Of a stretch of DNA of 64,000 bases, positions 1-10,900 are shown piece after piece. Position 1 is the first letter of the stretch. Each line of letters opens with the position of its first letter. The translations under genes were made by a program, and so were the position numbers. The stretch is taken from positions 58,528,001-58,592,000 of the forward strand of contig NW_027266308.1 in the NCBI RefSeq assembly GCF_022045235.1. The letters run 5' to 3'. The notes under the pieces are model-generated. The model was not told where the DNA came from. It was given only the letters and a program-made list of their open reading frames with translations, and searched no databases. This stretch comes from Haliotis cracherodii. Lineage: Eukaryota.

Positions 1-731
1 AGGCCGTCAGTCGTTTGATTTGCAGCGTTGAAGGATTTCTTGTATTCCCCTTTTTGATCTCTGAATAACACAACATTTAGCATAAGAGACCCTTTGAAAT
101 CCAAAGCTACTGATCTTAACCGTTTGATAAAACGGATGAAATCAGCAGACCTTTTTAACAAGGGAAGGACTATAACCAGATCCAGATCCCTCTGTGTCTT
201 TATTTCTTGGAATCTGAGTGTATCAAAACGTTGAATTGTTTTGTAGTTTGGTTGATTGGAGCTTTTTGTGTATTTATTGACCATAATATGTTCTACTGCT
301 CTCCCAACAACTACTCTTTGATAGGTGTAGGCAGGTCGAGTACTGGAAATGACGTTCATGCCAATATTTAGCGATTTGTTCAGAATGAGTTCTCTTCCTC
401 TGTTGTAGAGGGTTTCTGTGGGTTGAGCATTGCTGTTGGAGAGGGCATGAACTACGGATGCATTTATAAAATCCCATTCCTTCTGTGCGTATCTGCCCTC
501 CCGTACACGTCTTGTAATGACGGGTGACAAAGGCTGATCTGACAACTGTGTTATGTCGATATAGCTGATGGCTTGTGTCAGGTGAACAGTTCGAATCTGA
601 AGCTGCCGGAGCCTCGCTTCGTTTTGTCTTATCAATACAGAATAAAAGTTGTCTTTCGGCATGGTACGATCTATCATATGAAAAACGTTCGTTGTATCTT
701 CATGCCTCGTCCTTTCATACATGGCCGTAAC
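1..731 (-). CDS. Chondroitin sulfate synthase (CHSY/CHPF family)-like glycosyltransferase, coding exon 2 (runs off the window start)
   Basis: Acceptor ttttattaccAG at 733-732. Stop-free frame VTAMYER...EARLRQLQIRTVHLTQAISYI...EWDFIN...YTYQRVVVGRAVEHIM...QRFDTL...LVIVLPLLKRSADFIRFIKRL...LMLNVVLF matches the CHSY linker and C-terminal domain pattern. In phase with the upstream exon. Confidence 0.8.
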
Positions 732-1236
732 CTGGTAATAAAAAAAAGTAACACGGCAGCGAATAAAATTTGTCATAAATGACACAGATATGACAGGGCC
801 CTCATATCATAGTATTAGTTTCAATACATTTCCGATTTTTGAAATTGGATTTTGACAATGTAGGTATGTATGTATATGCTTAGTTTATGATAAAATTTAA
901 ATTTTTGATTCCTCGATAATCCACTGTTTAAATCATGATTGTGAATCATCAACACCAATTGTAATGGCCGATTCTTCACATACATAAGCCAAAAATCACT
1001 GCTTTGTATCACTGAAGTAGTAACTGGGGTGAGTGAGGGAATGTAATTCAGTTATACTACGGCTGACAGCTTAATACAAAAGCTTATTGTGATACAGTTC
1101 TGGGGCGTTTACTATATAGGTGAAACCCACGACTTCGAGTATGTGTTTGAAACCAAGATTCATGGTTTAAAGACTATGCAGAGGGTACCCTCATATATTT
1201 ATACAACTAAGCTACATGTGCATCCACACGCATATA

Positions 1237-1510
1237 GAGTGAGTGAGTTGGGCTTGAGGCCGCTTTTAACAGTATTCCAGTTTTATCGCGGCGTGTCAGC
1301 TTAATGTGGGAGGAAAGCCCGAAGTGATGCAGGTCTTAGACGTTTACCACTTCGGTGAAACCCACGAGCACGGGTATGGTGCTGACAAACCTAGAAACAT
1401 ATTGGGGCGAACCTGGATTCGAACCCACAATCATAGGTTTCTGGCGAGCCCAAGGGACGCAACTCTGCCCAGCGAATCGGGGCGCCTTAGACGACTGGGC
1501 CACCCGTACC
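1237..1510 (-). mobile_element. SINE family A (tRNA-Leu/Ser-like head), in the CHSY intron
   Basis: Reverse complement of the 26686-26970 copy; (GAGT)n tail at the left end. Confidence 0.85.
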
Positions 1511-1560
1511 CCCACACGTATATAGAAACAACAGAGCAGAATATATTAAAAATACGTCAC

Positions 1561-2148
1561 CTTTTCCAATGGCAAGTTGATTGTGTCTTGCATCAACGCA
1601 CATATTGTAGAGTTGGCGCTCCTGGTACTTTCTCTCAGTAGCAGGTGAAGTGCTGCCTGGTTCAATATGAGCAAGTGGGGCAGGCCAGGTAGGTGAGACA
1701 GGCTAGGGCATTCTGGGTAGACGAGGGATACCGGGACGTGATGAGGAAGAGACAACAACAGTGTCGGCAGAACGTGGAGGTTGACGACATCAGCTGTCAA
1801 CACGAACCATTCATACATATTCTGATGCTGATACAGCTGCTGAAGGCATCCTAGATGGACGACAGGAGATTTTACATATCCACCTTGCTTCTCGCAGACA
1901 AGGCCAGTAACGTACACCATGTCGTACTGCAGCAACCTTTGTAATCCCATTGTCTCATTTGAATCATGTTCATTCCTTATGATGCCAGCAAATATTGTCG
2001 GTGTCATTGGAATACCAGCCGATGCTAAATTCAATAGGCACCCATATTGTTTTAAGTACGTATGAAATAAAACTACACCACATATTAATCCGATCGTGAA
2101 AATAAATAAAGATTTTCTGAATCTTTCAGTCCGTGTTTGTGTAGTCAT
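1561..2148 (-). CDS. CHSY/CHPF-like glycosyltransferase, first coding exon (type II membrane anchor plus degenerate N-terminal GT domain)
   Basis: ATG at 2148 just after acceptor AG 2158-2157. TM segment SLFIFTIGLICGVVLF. YEWFVLTADVVNLHVLPTLLLSL resembles CHSY YEWFMRADDDVY..L..FL.SL. Donor GTGACG at 1560, phase 0. Confidence 0.75.
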
Positions 2149-2262
2149 TATTTCCCCTGTAAATGGGAGATGTACGTGTGTGTATATCGGATGTTCTAGT
2201 GTTGTAAGTGATATGACTCAAGTAGATATTTCCTTGTCGCACCGCCACTTTGAGATTCGGTG

Positions 2263-2735
2263 CCGGTGTCACGGAATATATTCGCCCCCAGAATAAAATC
2301 CCCCGGCGAATTTATACCTCTCAAAATAAACTCTTCCCCACCCTACGAAATAAAATCTCCCCCAAGAATATTTCCTACCCCGATCGTTTTTAAATTAGTT
2401 GCCATACAGTTCAATAGTTGAGGGCATTGCCTAAAAGTCGGGCCGGGACGGGCCAAGACGGGCTAAAGTGTTATTGGTTATTACTTCATTATCGGCTTTT
2501 CATATTCCTCTAGGTTTTATGTTTATTTGTTTGTGTATTTTTTTCTTTTCTCTCCTTTATTTTTTCTGGGAGGGAGAGACTTTATACCGAGGGGCGCGGG
2601 AAATATATCCGCCCGGGGGAGATTTTATTTCAGAACAGATTCTCAGCGGGGGATGAATCTGTACCGGTATCCAATCGCCGGGGGGAGAATTTGTACGGGG
2701 GGGGGGGGGGGGGGGAATTTATACCGGGACACCGG
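2263..2735. mobile_element. MITE-like non-autonomous DNA transposon
   Basis: TIRs CCGGTGTCACGGAATATATTC / GAATTTATACCGGGACACCGG, with C-rich and G-rich subterminal repeats. Confidence 0.65.
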
Positions 2736-3195
2736 AAACGTGAACACTCACAACTGCCCTTGCCCTTTGGCAGATGTCGAATGATGGCATTTCATCAATG
2801 TCCACATCATAAACAGGTTTCTGCTGATTGGAATGCATCTGCGTTGAACTAATTTCGGCTATATACTTGATAATGCTCAACAAATAATGTAACAACCTGC
2901 TTTGTACATTAATGGATTGTGCTGCATATTCATGCAGAAACAACAATGTCAGTTTAGGTCGTGGGTACAATTTGTGAAGACATATCTTGTGTCCCCCGTC
3001 GTGATATTGCTGGAATATTGCTGAAAGCTGCGTAAAACAATACTCACTCACAGAGGCTTTGTATTAATGCATGGCATAATTGTATATCACAGTCGAGGCA
3101 AATACAGGGATGAAAGTTAAGGAAACGAAACTTGTGGTAAGAGATAGTAATCGTCAGCATCACTACATATGTGAAAATGACAGAGTAAAGGATAT

Positions 3196-3288
3196 CAGAA
3201 ATGGCGACAGGCTTTCTCCTTCTGTCTGGGTTGAAAGGGTCTGTTGGTTTTTTCTTCTTTTTCTGACTCTGAGATTCATTCCATAAAT
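3196..3288 (-). CDS. BRMS1: BRMS1/BRMS1L (Sds3 family)-like internal exon, apparently isolated
   Basis: Acceptor tttcctttgcAG. 93-bp phase 1-1 exon (D)LWNESQSQKKKKKPTDPFNPDRRRKPVAIS(G) versus recalled BRMS1L [29 protein letters not shown]. Followed by the U12-type donor ATATCCTTT. Confidence 0.7.
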
Positions 3289-4185
3289 CTGCAAAGGAAA
3301 CAGACAAATGTAAAAATGGTTACATAAATGCAGGGATGAAAGTTAAGGATAACTGGTTTTCACACATCCGATGGAATGACACTAAAGTATTTAACTTATG
3401 ACATATTTCTTCAGAAGGAAGAAAATGGTTTTGTTTCTCAAATGTAGGAAAATCGAGAACAGTGAATAAGTGTGTGTGTCCTTGCATGAAGTCAGACATA
3501 AATGGTAACTAGGAGACAACATTGTCTGTGTGAGTATTGAAACTTTATACTGCCTTTCGACGTATACTCGTCTAAAACAAATGCTACCAGGTAAGTGAAA
3601 AACATATAAATGCTTTCATGGCAAAGCAGTCTTGCTTCTACAGGCTTTGATGCTGCCTACAAAACCAGCCTTATAATGTGTAAGTAAAAAGGCCATCAAT
3701 ATCTTAAGTCGAACAAGTCTCTTACGTAAATATTCATGAGCAAATAAACCGTCGCGTGTTTGTGTTGCCATTGTTACACGCTGACAAAGAGATGAACTCA
3801 TTAAAACGACTGTTGCAATTATATAGCTCGCCTTACTAATAGGATGACCTCATATTGAACGTTTCATATAGTTTGTATTTATTATACGTATGTCGATATG
3901 TGGTCTTCGAATTGATTGTTGAAGAATTGACTTCGATATTGTTTGTGGTACTGTGTACATTGTCGTAGCGGATATTACCGTCAGTGTGCAAAATATGCAC
4001 ACATCATCACCTTTATAACTCCACAACGGCAAAAACAAATTGAAGACAATTCTAATGTTACATACGTCAACTTCACTGCCTGCTTATGTAATCATTTATA
4101 CACGAAAAATCTGATGACAACAATACGAAATCAGTGACGCAACACAAGTTCCGCCTATTCTATAATCAACCAATCAAGAACGTTA

Positions 4186-4455
4186 GAGTGAGTGAGTGAT
4201 TTGGGTTTACGCCGCTTTTAACAGTATTCCAGTTATATCTCGGCGTATCAGCTAAATGGCCGAAGTGATGCAGGTCTAAGACGTTTACCACTTCGGTGAA
4301 ACCCACAAGCACGGGTATGGTGCTGACAACCCTAGAAACATAATCGGGGCGAACCGTGATTCGAATCCACAAACATAGGTTTCTGTCGTGCCCAAGGGAC
4401 GCAACTGTGCACAGCGAATCGGGGCGCCTTAGACGACTGGAGCACCCATGCCCCA
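4186..4455 (-). mobile_element. SINE family A
   Basis: Near full-length reverse copy of 26686-26970. Confidence 0.85.
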
Positions 4456-4507
4456 AAAGAACGGTTAGAACAGTTGAACGTTAGAAGACGTGGCCTACCC
4501 TAATATA

Positions 4508-6066
4508 TACGGAACCAAATTAAAACTTCACAATCCTAAAATTTTAACATTTTGACCAGTTATCATTGTGGGCCCTTATTGTGTATTTAAACAGTAATGG
4601 CCACATATTGTCTTCAGATAACACCCGTTTTTGTGCAGGTGAATCGATCAAAATCATGTGCACAGCACTATAGTGGCAAAAGTGTTTTTTCACGTGCAAC
4701 TGGTCACGTGGCCATAATATCGCACGTGTTTTCAACCATACTTGTTAGCATTCATTAACAAAAAAAAGAAAAACACAAGAAAACAAAAGTCTTTACGGCC
4801 ATTTGTCATGCCACGCCTTTCAAATGTGCAACGTGAACGTGCCATCGGCATGTTGCAGACGGGAACGTCCGTAGCTTAAGTCGCAATGACGATGGGTTGT
4901 AGTCGACGGACTGTTTGTGATTTACAGACGCATCTACAGCAAACGGGTACCACCGCAGATCGCCCTTGGCCAGGTCGACCACGTGTGACGTCACATGCAG
5001 AGGATCGTCAGATTGTCTCACGTCACCCCGTAACCGATTTTTTACGGCTACATCAACCAGAAAGGAACTGTTTAGGGGTAGAATGAGTGCGCAAACTGTT
5101 CGAAACCGTCTGAGAACTGCCCACCTTCAAGCACGACGGCCATACTGCGGGCCGATTCTGACTCAATTACACAGACGTCAAGGTCTATTGTGGGCACAGC
5201 GACACTTATGATGGACTCAGGGGAATTGGAATCAAGTAGTCTTCAGTGATGAATGGTAGGGCGAGGGTGTGGAGGCGCCGTCATGGACGTTACGCCCAGT
5301 GTTGTGTACAGGAAGTTGACAGACTCGAGGCGGAAGTGTCATGGTGTGGGGTGCTTTCTGTGGCAATGCACATTCCAATGAATGAATGATGTTTATTCTC
5401 GTAAATCACGGCAAGAATAAACATCATTCATTCATTGAATTCCAGGCTTCTTGTCATCCGTGGCAACCTCAACGTTTCTGCTTACCGCGACCAGGTACTG
5501 GCACCAGAACTTCTGCCTTTTATGGCAGCACATGAACCCGGTTTGATCTTCCAACACGACAATGCCAGACCCTACACAGCAATTTTGACAAGGAATTTCC
5601 TTCAGAATGCAGGAGTCAACGTCATGGACTGGCCGTCAAAGTCCCATCGAACACGTCTGGGATGCTCTTGGCAGAAGTCTGCTTACTCTCCAGAACCAAC
5701 CACAGAATTTGCAAGATCTTGGCACTATTTTGCAGCAACAATGGCGTCGTCTTCCCAATCATGTGTTCACAAGCATTACAAGGTCCATGCAGAGGCGTTG
5801 TGTGGCAGTTGTCAACGCTCATGGTGACCATACACGCTACTGAATTTGTGTGCCATCAGATTCTCGTGCTTGGGACTTATGATTTAAACTGTTGATGTTA
5901 TTACCGAATACCGTAGGTGCTTGGAACAAATTATGGTTACCACCGTTAATAAAAATCCTTCTTTGGACATTAATGATTAAAAATTACCTTCTCTGATACA
6001 TTTGTCCGTTGTATATCATATATGGGATTAGTTGTAAAAATGTGAAGTTTTTAATTTGACTCAGTA
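4508..6066 (+). mobile_element. Tc1/mariner transposon with a degenerate transposase (about 4808-5843)
   Basis: TIRs TACGGAACCAAATTAAAACTTCACA / TGTGAAGTTTTTAATTTGACTCAGTA in a TA context. MPRLS..QRERAIGML, GRPRVT, VFSDE, FQHDNARP, WPSKS, PIEHVWDAL, with stops and frameshifts. Confidence 0.9.
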
Positions 6067-6319
6067 TATTATGGAAGTTTATTAGTTAGCAAAAACAAAT
6101 GCCACGGACTCATTTCAATTTAGTTTTTCAATCATTGGCGACAACAAAGATGTCATTGTTTGATATTGGTTCTTGGTTGCCCTGTATCTACAACGATGAA
6201 TGCCCAACCTTGTAACACTGCGCTTGCCTCCAATACATGTTTGGTAGCGAAATATTATATCGTTCATAAATGACGGACATGTTGAATATGGTGTATTTTG
6301 ATTGTTTATTGAATAAAAT

Positions 6320-7688
6320 TAAATTAAGCAATTCTATAGCGCTACTTATCCAGATATACTCGCTGCCCAAGAGCGCTCAGTCGTATGCTCTTTTGAAGAG
6401 GATGGTCTTGAGTTTTGATCTGAAGATCCCCTGACATCAATGGGCAGTGCATTCCATAGAGTTCCTGCTTTTCGGAAGGTTTTATGGCGATATGTTGTTC
6501 TGCTGGTTGGTGGAACAGCAAGCTGTAGCTGGTTTGCAGATCTCAGTGTTCGTCCAGGCTGGAAAAGGGCAGTGAGTTCCTGGAGGTATACTGGGGATAA
6601 CCAGTTTGTAGACAAACATGATCAGCTTGGACACGATCCTGAGTCTCACACGTAGCCAATGCAGCTTTTTCAGGACGGGTGTAGTGTGTTCACGCATTGA
6701 CTTCCGTGTGATGAGTCTGGCAGCAGTGTTTTGCTCACGCTGTAGTCTATCCAGATGATGTTGCTGAATACCATACAGAAGACTATTACAATAGTCAAGT
6801 CTTGATGTTACGAATGCATGGACTAGGCACTTGACTGATGCTGTGTCTACATATCTTGCTATCTGTCTGATGTTCCTGATGTGAAAGTCTTGTACGCACT
6901 GATTACATCATGGTTATCCAGACTGAGTGTTGAGTCAATGATCTTACCTAGATTTCGGGCACAAGAGTTTTGCTCAACCGTACAGTCCCTAATTTTCAAA
7001 CCAGGAACTCGTACTTTGGACTGCATCTGTTTAGAGCTGATAATCAAGAGCTCCGTTTTGCCATCATTAAGTTTGAGAAAGTTGCTTCTTATCCAGCACC
7101 TGATGTCATCTATGCCACGAGAGATTGCTTTAAAGGTAATGCTGACTGGTGGTGTAGTCAACGTTCGGAATCCCAGATACAATTGTGTATCATCAGCATA
7201 CAGATGGAAGCTTAGATTGTGAGATCTTGCTATATCTCCTACTGGTAGGGTGTAGATGGTGAAAAGTATTGGGCCAAGGACAGAGCCTTGAGGCACTCCA
7301 AACTTTAGTCCATACTTCTTTGATCTTACTCCATTAATGATTACTGATTGATTGCGTCCTGATACATATGAAGCAATCCAAGATAAGGCATCTCCAGTAA
7401 TACCAACTCATGTTTCGAGTGTTGTCAGTAGAATGGAATGATCTGTGGTGTCGAAAGCCGCCGATAGGTCCACGAGCACAAGAACTGCAGCTCCCTGAGA
7501 ATCGACAGCATGAAGTAGGCCATTCTGCACAAGCAAAAAGGCTGTTTCCTTGCTGTGACTAGTCTTGTAGGCTGACTGCATCATTTCACCTGAGTTATTT
7601 GCATGTATATGATCATGAAGACGTGATGCTACCGCACGTTCAGTCACCTTTGAAATAAATGGCAGGTTTGAAACTGGGCGATAGTTAC
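6320..7688 (-). mobile_element. 5'-truncated L2/CR1-group LINE (reverse transcriptase)
   Basis: NYRPVSNLPF, LVDLSAAFDT, GVPQGSVLGP, YADDTQLY, LKLNDGKTE, LHWL; L2-like 3' end GCGCTATAGAA. Confidence 0.9.
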
Positions 7689-7769
7689 CACGCCCATACA
7701 GATCTTTTGTAGAGAAACTGTAGTCAACACCCTGTCACGACGTAATATGTGACCTCGCTGTGGGTATTG

Positions 7770-7929
7770 GGGCGGGGGGGTAGCCCAGTAGTTAAAGCGT
7801 TTGCTTGTCACAACGAAGACCCGGGTTCGATTCCCTACATTGGTACAAACAATTTCTGGCGTCCTCCGCCGTGATATTGCTGGAATATTGCTAAAAGCCG
7901 CGGCGTAAAAGCATACTCACTCAATCACT
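7770..7929 (+). mobile_element. SINE family B (tRNA-Asp-like head)
   Basis: A box GGTAGCCCAGTAGTTA, GTC anticodon region, B box GGTTCGATTCC, shared SINE tail. Confidence 0.85.
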
Positions 7930-7991
7930 ACGGTTATTATTGTGTGAAGGGGCACGGATGGCCCAGTCGTCTGATTCGCTGTGCAGAGTTG

Positions 7992-10900
7992 TAGTCCAGT
8001 AATTAAAAGGTCCAGGTTCAACAAAATTGACGGAAAAGGTTTATTGCTGGATTTTGGTGCCTTGACACATATACATTAAAATAAAAAATAGTTTACCAAA
8101 ATCGGACATGGGGAACCATCCGAAAATAGGTCAAATCCAAGATGGCCGCCAACAAAAGTAATAATAGTCATAAACGTGGAACCAATAACAATAAAAACAT
8201 TTATGATGAGTCTATCTATATTAGCTTGCCAGGATAAATGCAAAGAAATGTATATTTAACAATTTTGAAAGGAAAGTTCACATAGAAATTTAAAATAATG
8301 CTTCAAAATGACGAAAAAGTACATATATTTGTTAATATCAGTACCGATTTATTATAATGTTGATTTTTTACATATAAAATCATACAGTTTATTGTCTTCA
8401 CATAAATAATCAAGTTAGAAACAAATATAATTGAAAAAACCCAAAGTATTCCCTTCTTCAAAATGGCGGCCATGCATACAATGTTTTAAAGATAGACCTC
8501 AAGAACATAAAGGTATGTATAAGCTATTTTTCTTTTATAGCTAAAATGAAAACTTGTATAAGATATAGTTGATTGGCTCTAGAGAGGAATAACTGATGAA
8601 AATATGAACAAATATAAATATAAAATTCGAAACAGAGCCGTAAAATTAACATCAACATTTGTTTCAAGGAAAATCAAGGGAGATAATCCAAACTCCAGGA
8701 AGCAGTTATTTTTCTCAAATGGTATTAGCTTCTCAGAAACTTTATTAAAAGTTAATTCAGAAGATGTAATCAAGACATTTAGCACAACAATCATTTGTTA
8801 TAATCGGAAAAGCAACATTTGTATCTGGACACATGTCAACCATATTTCTATCAACTGTTACTATTCGCAGGGGACTATTCTCAACTGAAGGTGTCCTATG
8901 TAGATCACAGATGGCGACTTGTTTGCTATGTATGGAACCAGTTAACCTGGACAAACCCCAGGATTATGTGAAGTTGACAGCAAAATGCTGCTGTAGCATT
9001 AATTACGCAAACAGACTGCACATTAGATGCACCAGACATCATATACAACTGTAGCCTGTAACAGACAGTGTCGAAGTATGCATATAAATCCAAAGGCAAT
9101 CAAAGTAGCTGAAAACTTTTCGATCATATGTTTAAGCCTTAAATTTTAAAACTCACTGTTTTCTATGTGGTACTTGTATTGACCAGGATGTTGCATACAA
9201 ACATCCATATAGAAGTGTACTTCAGCCGTGCGATGGCTCTTGAGTTACTCAACATATGTCTGCAACATACTGTGTCAACAGGCAAGATGATTGGGCCAAG
9301 ATGGTACAGTCAAGTATCGTGCCCATATACGATCTACCAGCTGAAGAAGCTATCCAACACCATGCTTGTGATAAGAATTTTCGGAGAGGGACAAGTATAC
9401 CTGAAGCTTATATTGAACATGAAGAGGCTCCACCGAAGAAACGGAGACTTGGTCGACTGAAGTGTATGTCCTAGATGACAGCATTGGAGATTGCCATTTA
9501 TTACTTGGAAGAGAATGATGATGGAACGATTCCTTTGGACAATTTGCATCACATTATGAAGTCAATGAGTGCACTGAGTGATGATCAACTACACACTACA
9601 TCACAACTGAAAAGGGAGTTCATGAATCACTATGGGAACAAGGTATTCATAACTACAATCAGGCAACAACCTAACATTGCATCTCTTACGGCATATGAAA
9701 ATGTTGCAAAGGTGGACAAATCCAACATGGACAGTTTGATTAAAGTTGGGTGAGAATACATTCATATGCAGGTAGAGACCATGTCGAAACATGTTGATGT
9801 GTATCTCGACAATGAGCAGATGGCATTGATTGACACCAATCTTGATTACCTCCCACATGCATTACGCATCCTCCTTCAAGCATCATCAAGAGCTGAAACA
9901 GTAAACCCCATACTGCGTCATTGGGTCAGGCAATAATGCATTCGACATGTCCCAAAAATGTCTGCCTCCTCGACAAGTTTGACAAAGTATCACACTATAA
10001 CACAAATATATGGTCATTGTAATTTAGTGGATATGATAAGCCAACTCGGTTTCAGCTCCTCGTAAATTTAGAAAATTCTCGGTGACTACTCATGGTGTTC
10101 ACCTAATCAGAGACATTGCAGATACATTCGTGCAATACCAGGCACTGATGGGACTGGCTCAATCCATGCCATGGGCGAGATGGTGAAACGGAGGGTACCA
10201 AGACTTAACATGGACTTAAGGTGGACTTGGATGATGTCAAAAAAATCAACAGTGTCAAACTATTGTCACAAAGAAATCCAAAGGCAGTGCAGGCGAACAT
10301 TATCTATCCACCAATTGGTGACTTCTGTCTTGATGAAAAGAATAGCAAACTAGATATTTTGTGGACTGCGCCACTTGTGTGTGTGTTGACCACTGTGTTC
10401 CGGTTGCATGCAGTTGCTCCATTCTGACATTCCATACCCCAGGAAGAGCTCTGAGATATTCTTGTTGATTATCAGCATGACACCAAGTGACAAATCCTGT
10501 GTCAGATCAATGCTGGAGTATATTTCCAAACATGCCAGACCACATGGAATCACACCGGTTATTACAATCGACCAGCAAATTTGGTGAATTGCATACATGA
10601 TCATCGAATCACGGCCAGCTGAGAGCCCCTTGCATCAAATAGCCCTGGTCTTTGGGAGGGTGGGGATTCCATCCTTAGATGAGTTTTGTGGGTACAGTTG
10701 GGAATCTAATGGCTGGATCTGGGTTAAAGGAGATCATCACTCAAGTATATTCAGAGGGTAGTGCAGATCAGATGTTGTCCGGCAAATCAGTGTCACAAGC
10801 TGTGCTGGCTCATTTCTTGAGGAACCACTTCTGCAATGCTCTTATCGTGTTTGATGGTTATTGTGGTGTTTTTCGACCATGGATGAGACCCATCAGAGGA

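Noticed and set aside
1306-1641. Recurrent '[10 protein letters not shown]..' ORFs (also 17196, 50938)
   Set aside because: Antisense translations of SINE family A.
7770-7850. tRNA-Asp/Leu genes
   Set aside because: The tRNA-like heads run on into SINE bodies and tails, and acceptor stems are not intact.
8579-8954. Short ORFs as host genes
   Set aside because: They lie inside the Academ element's 5' region and have no independent gene signals.
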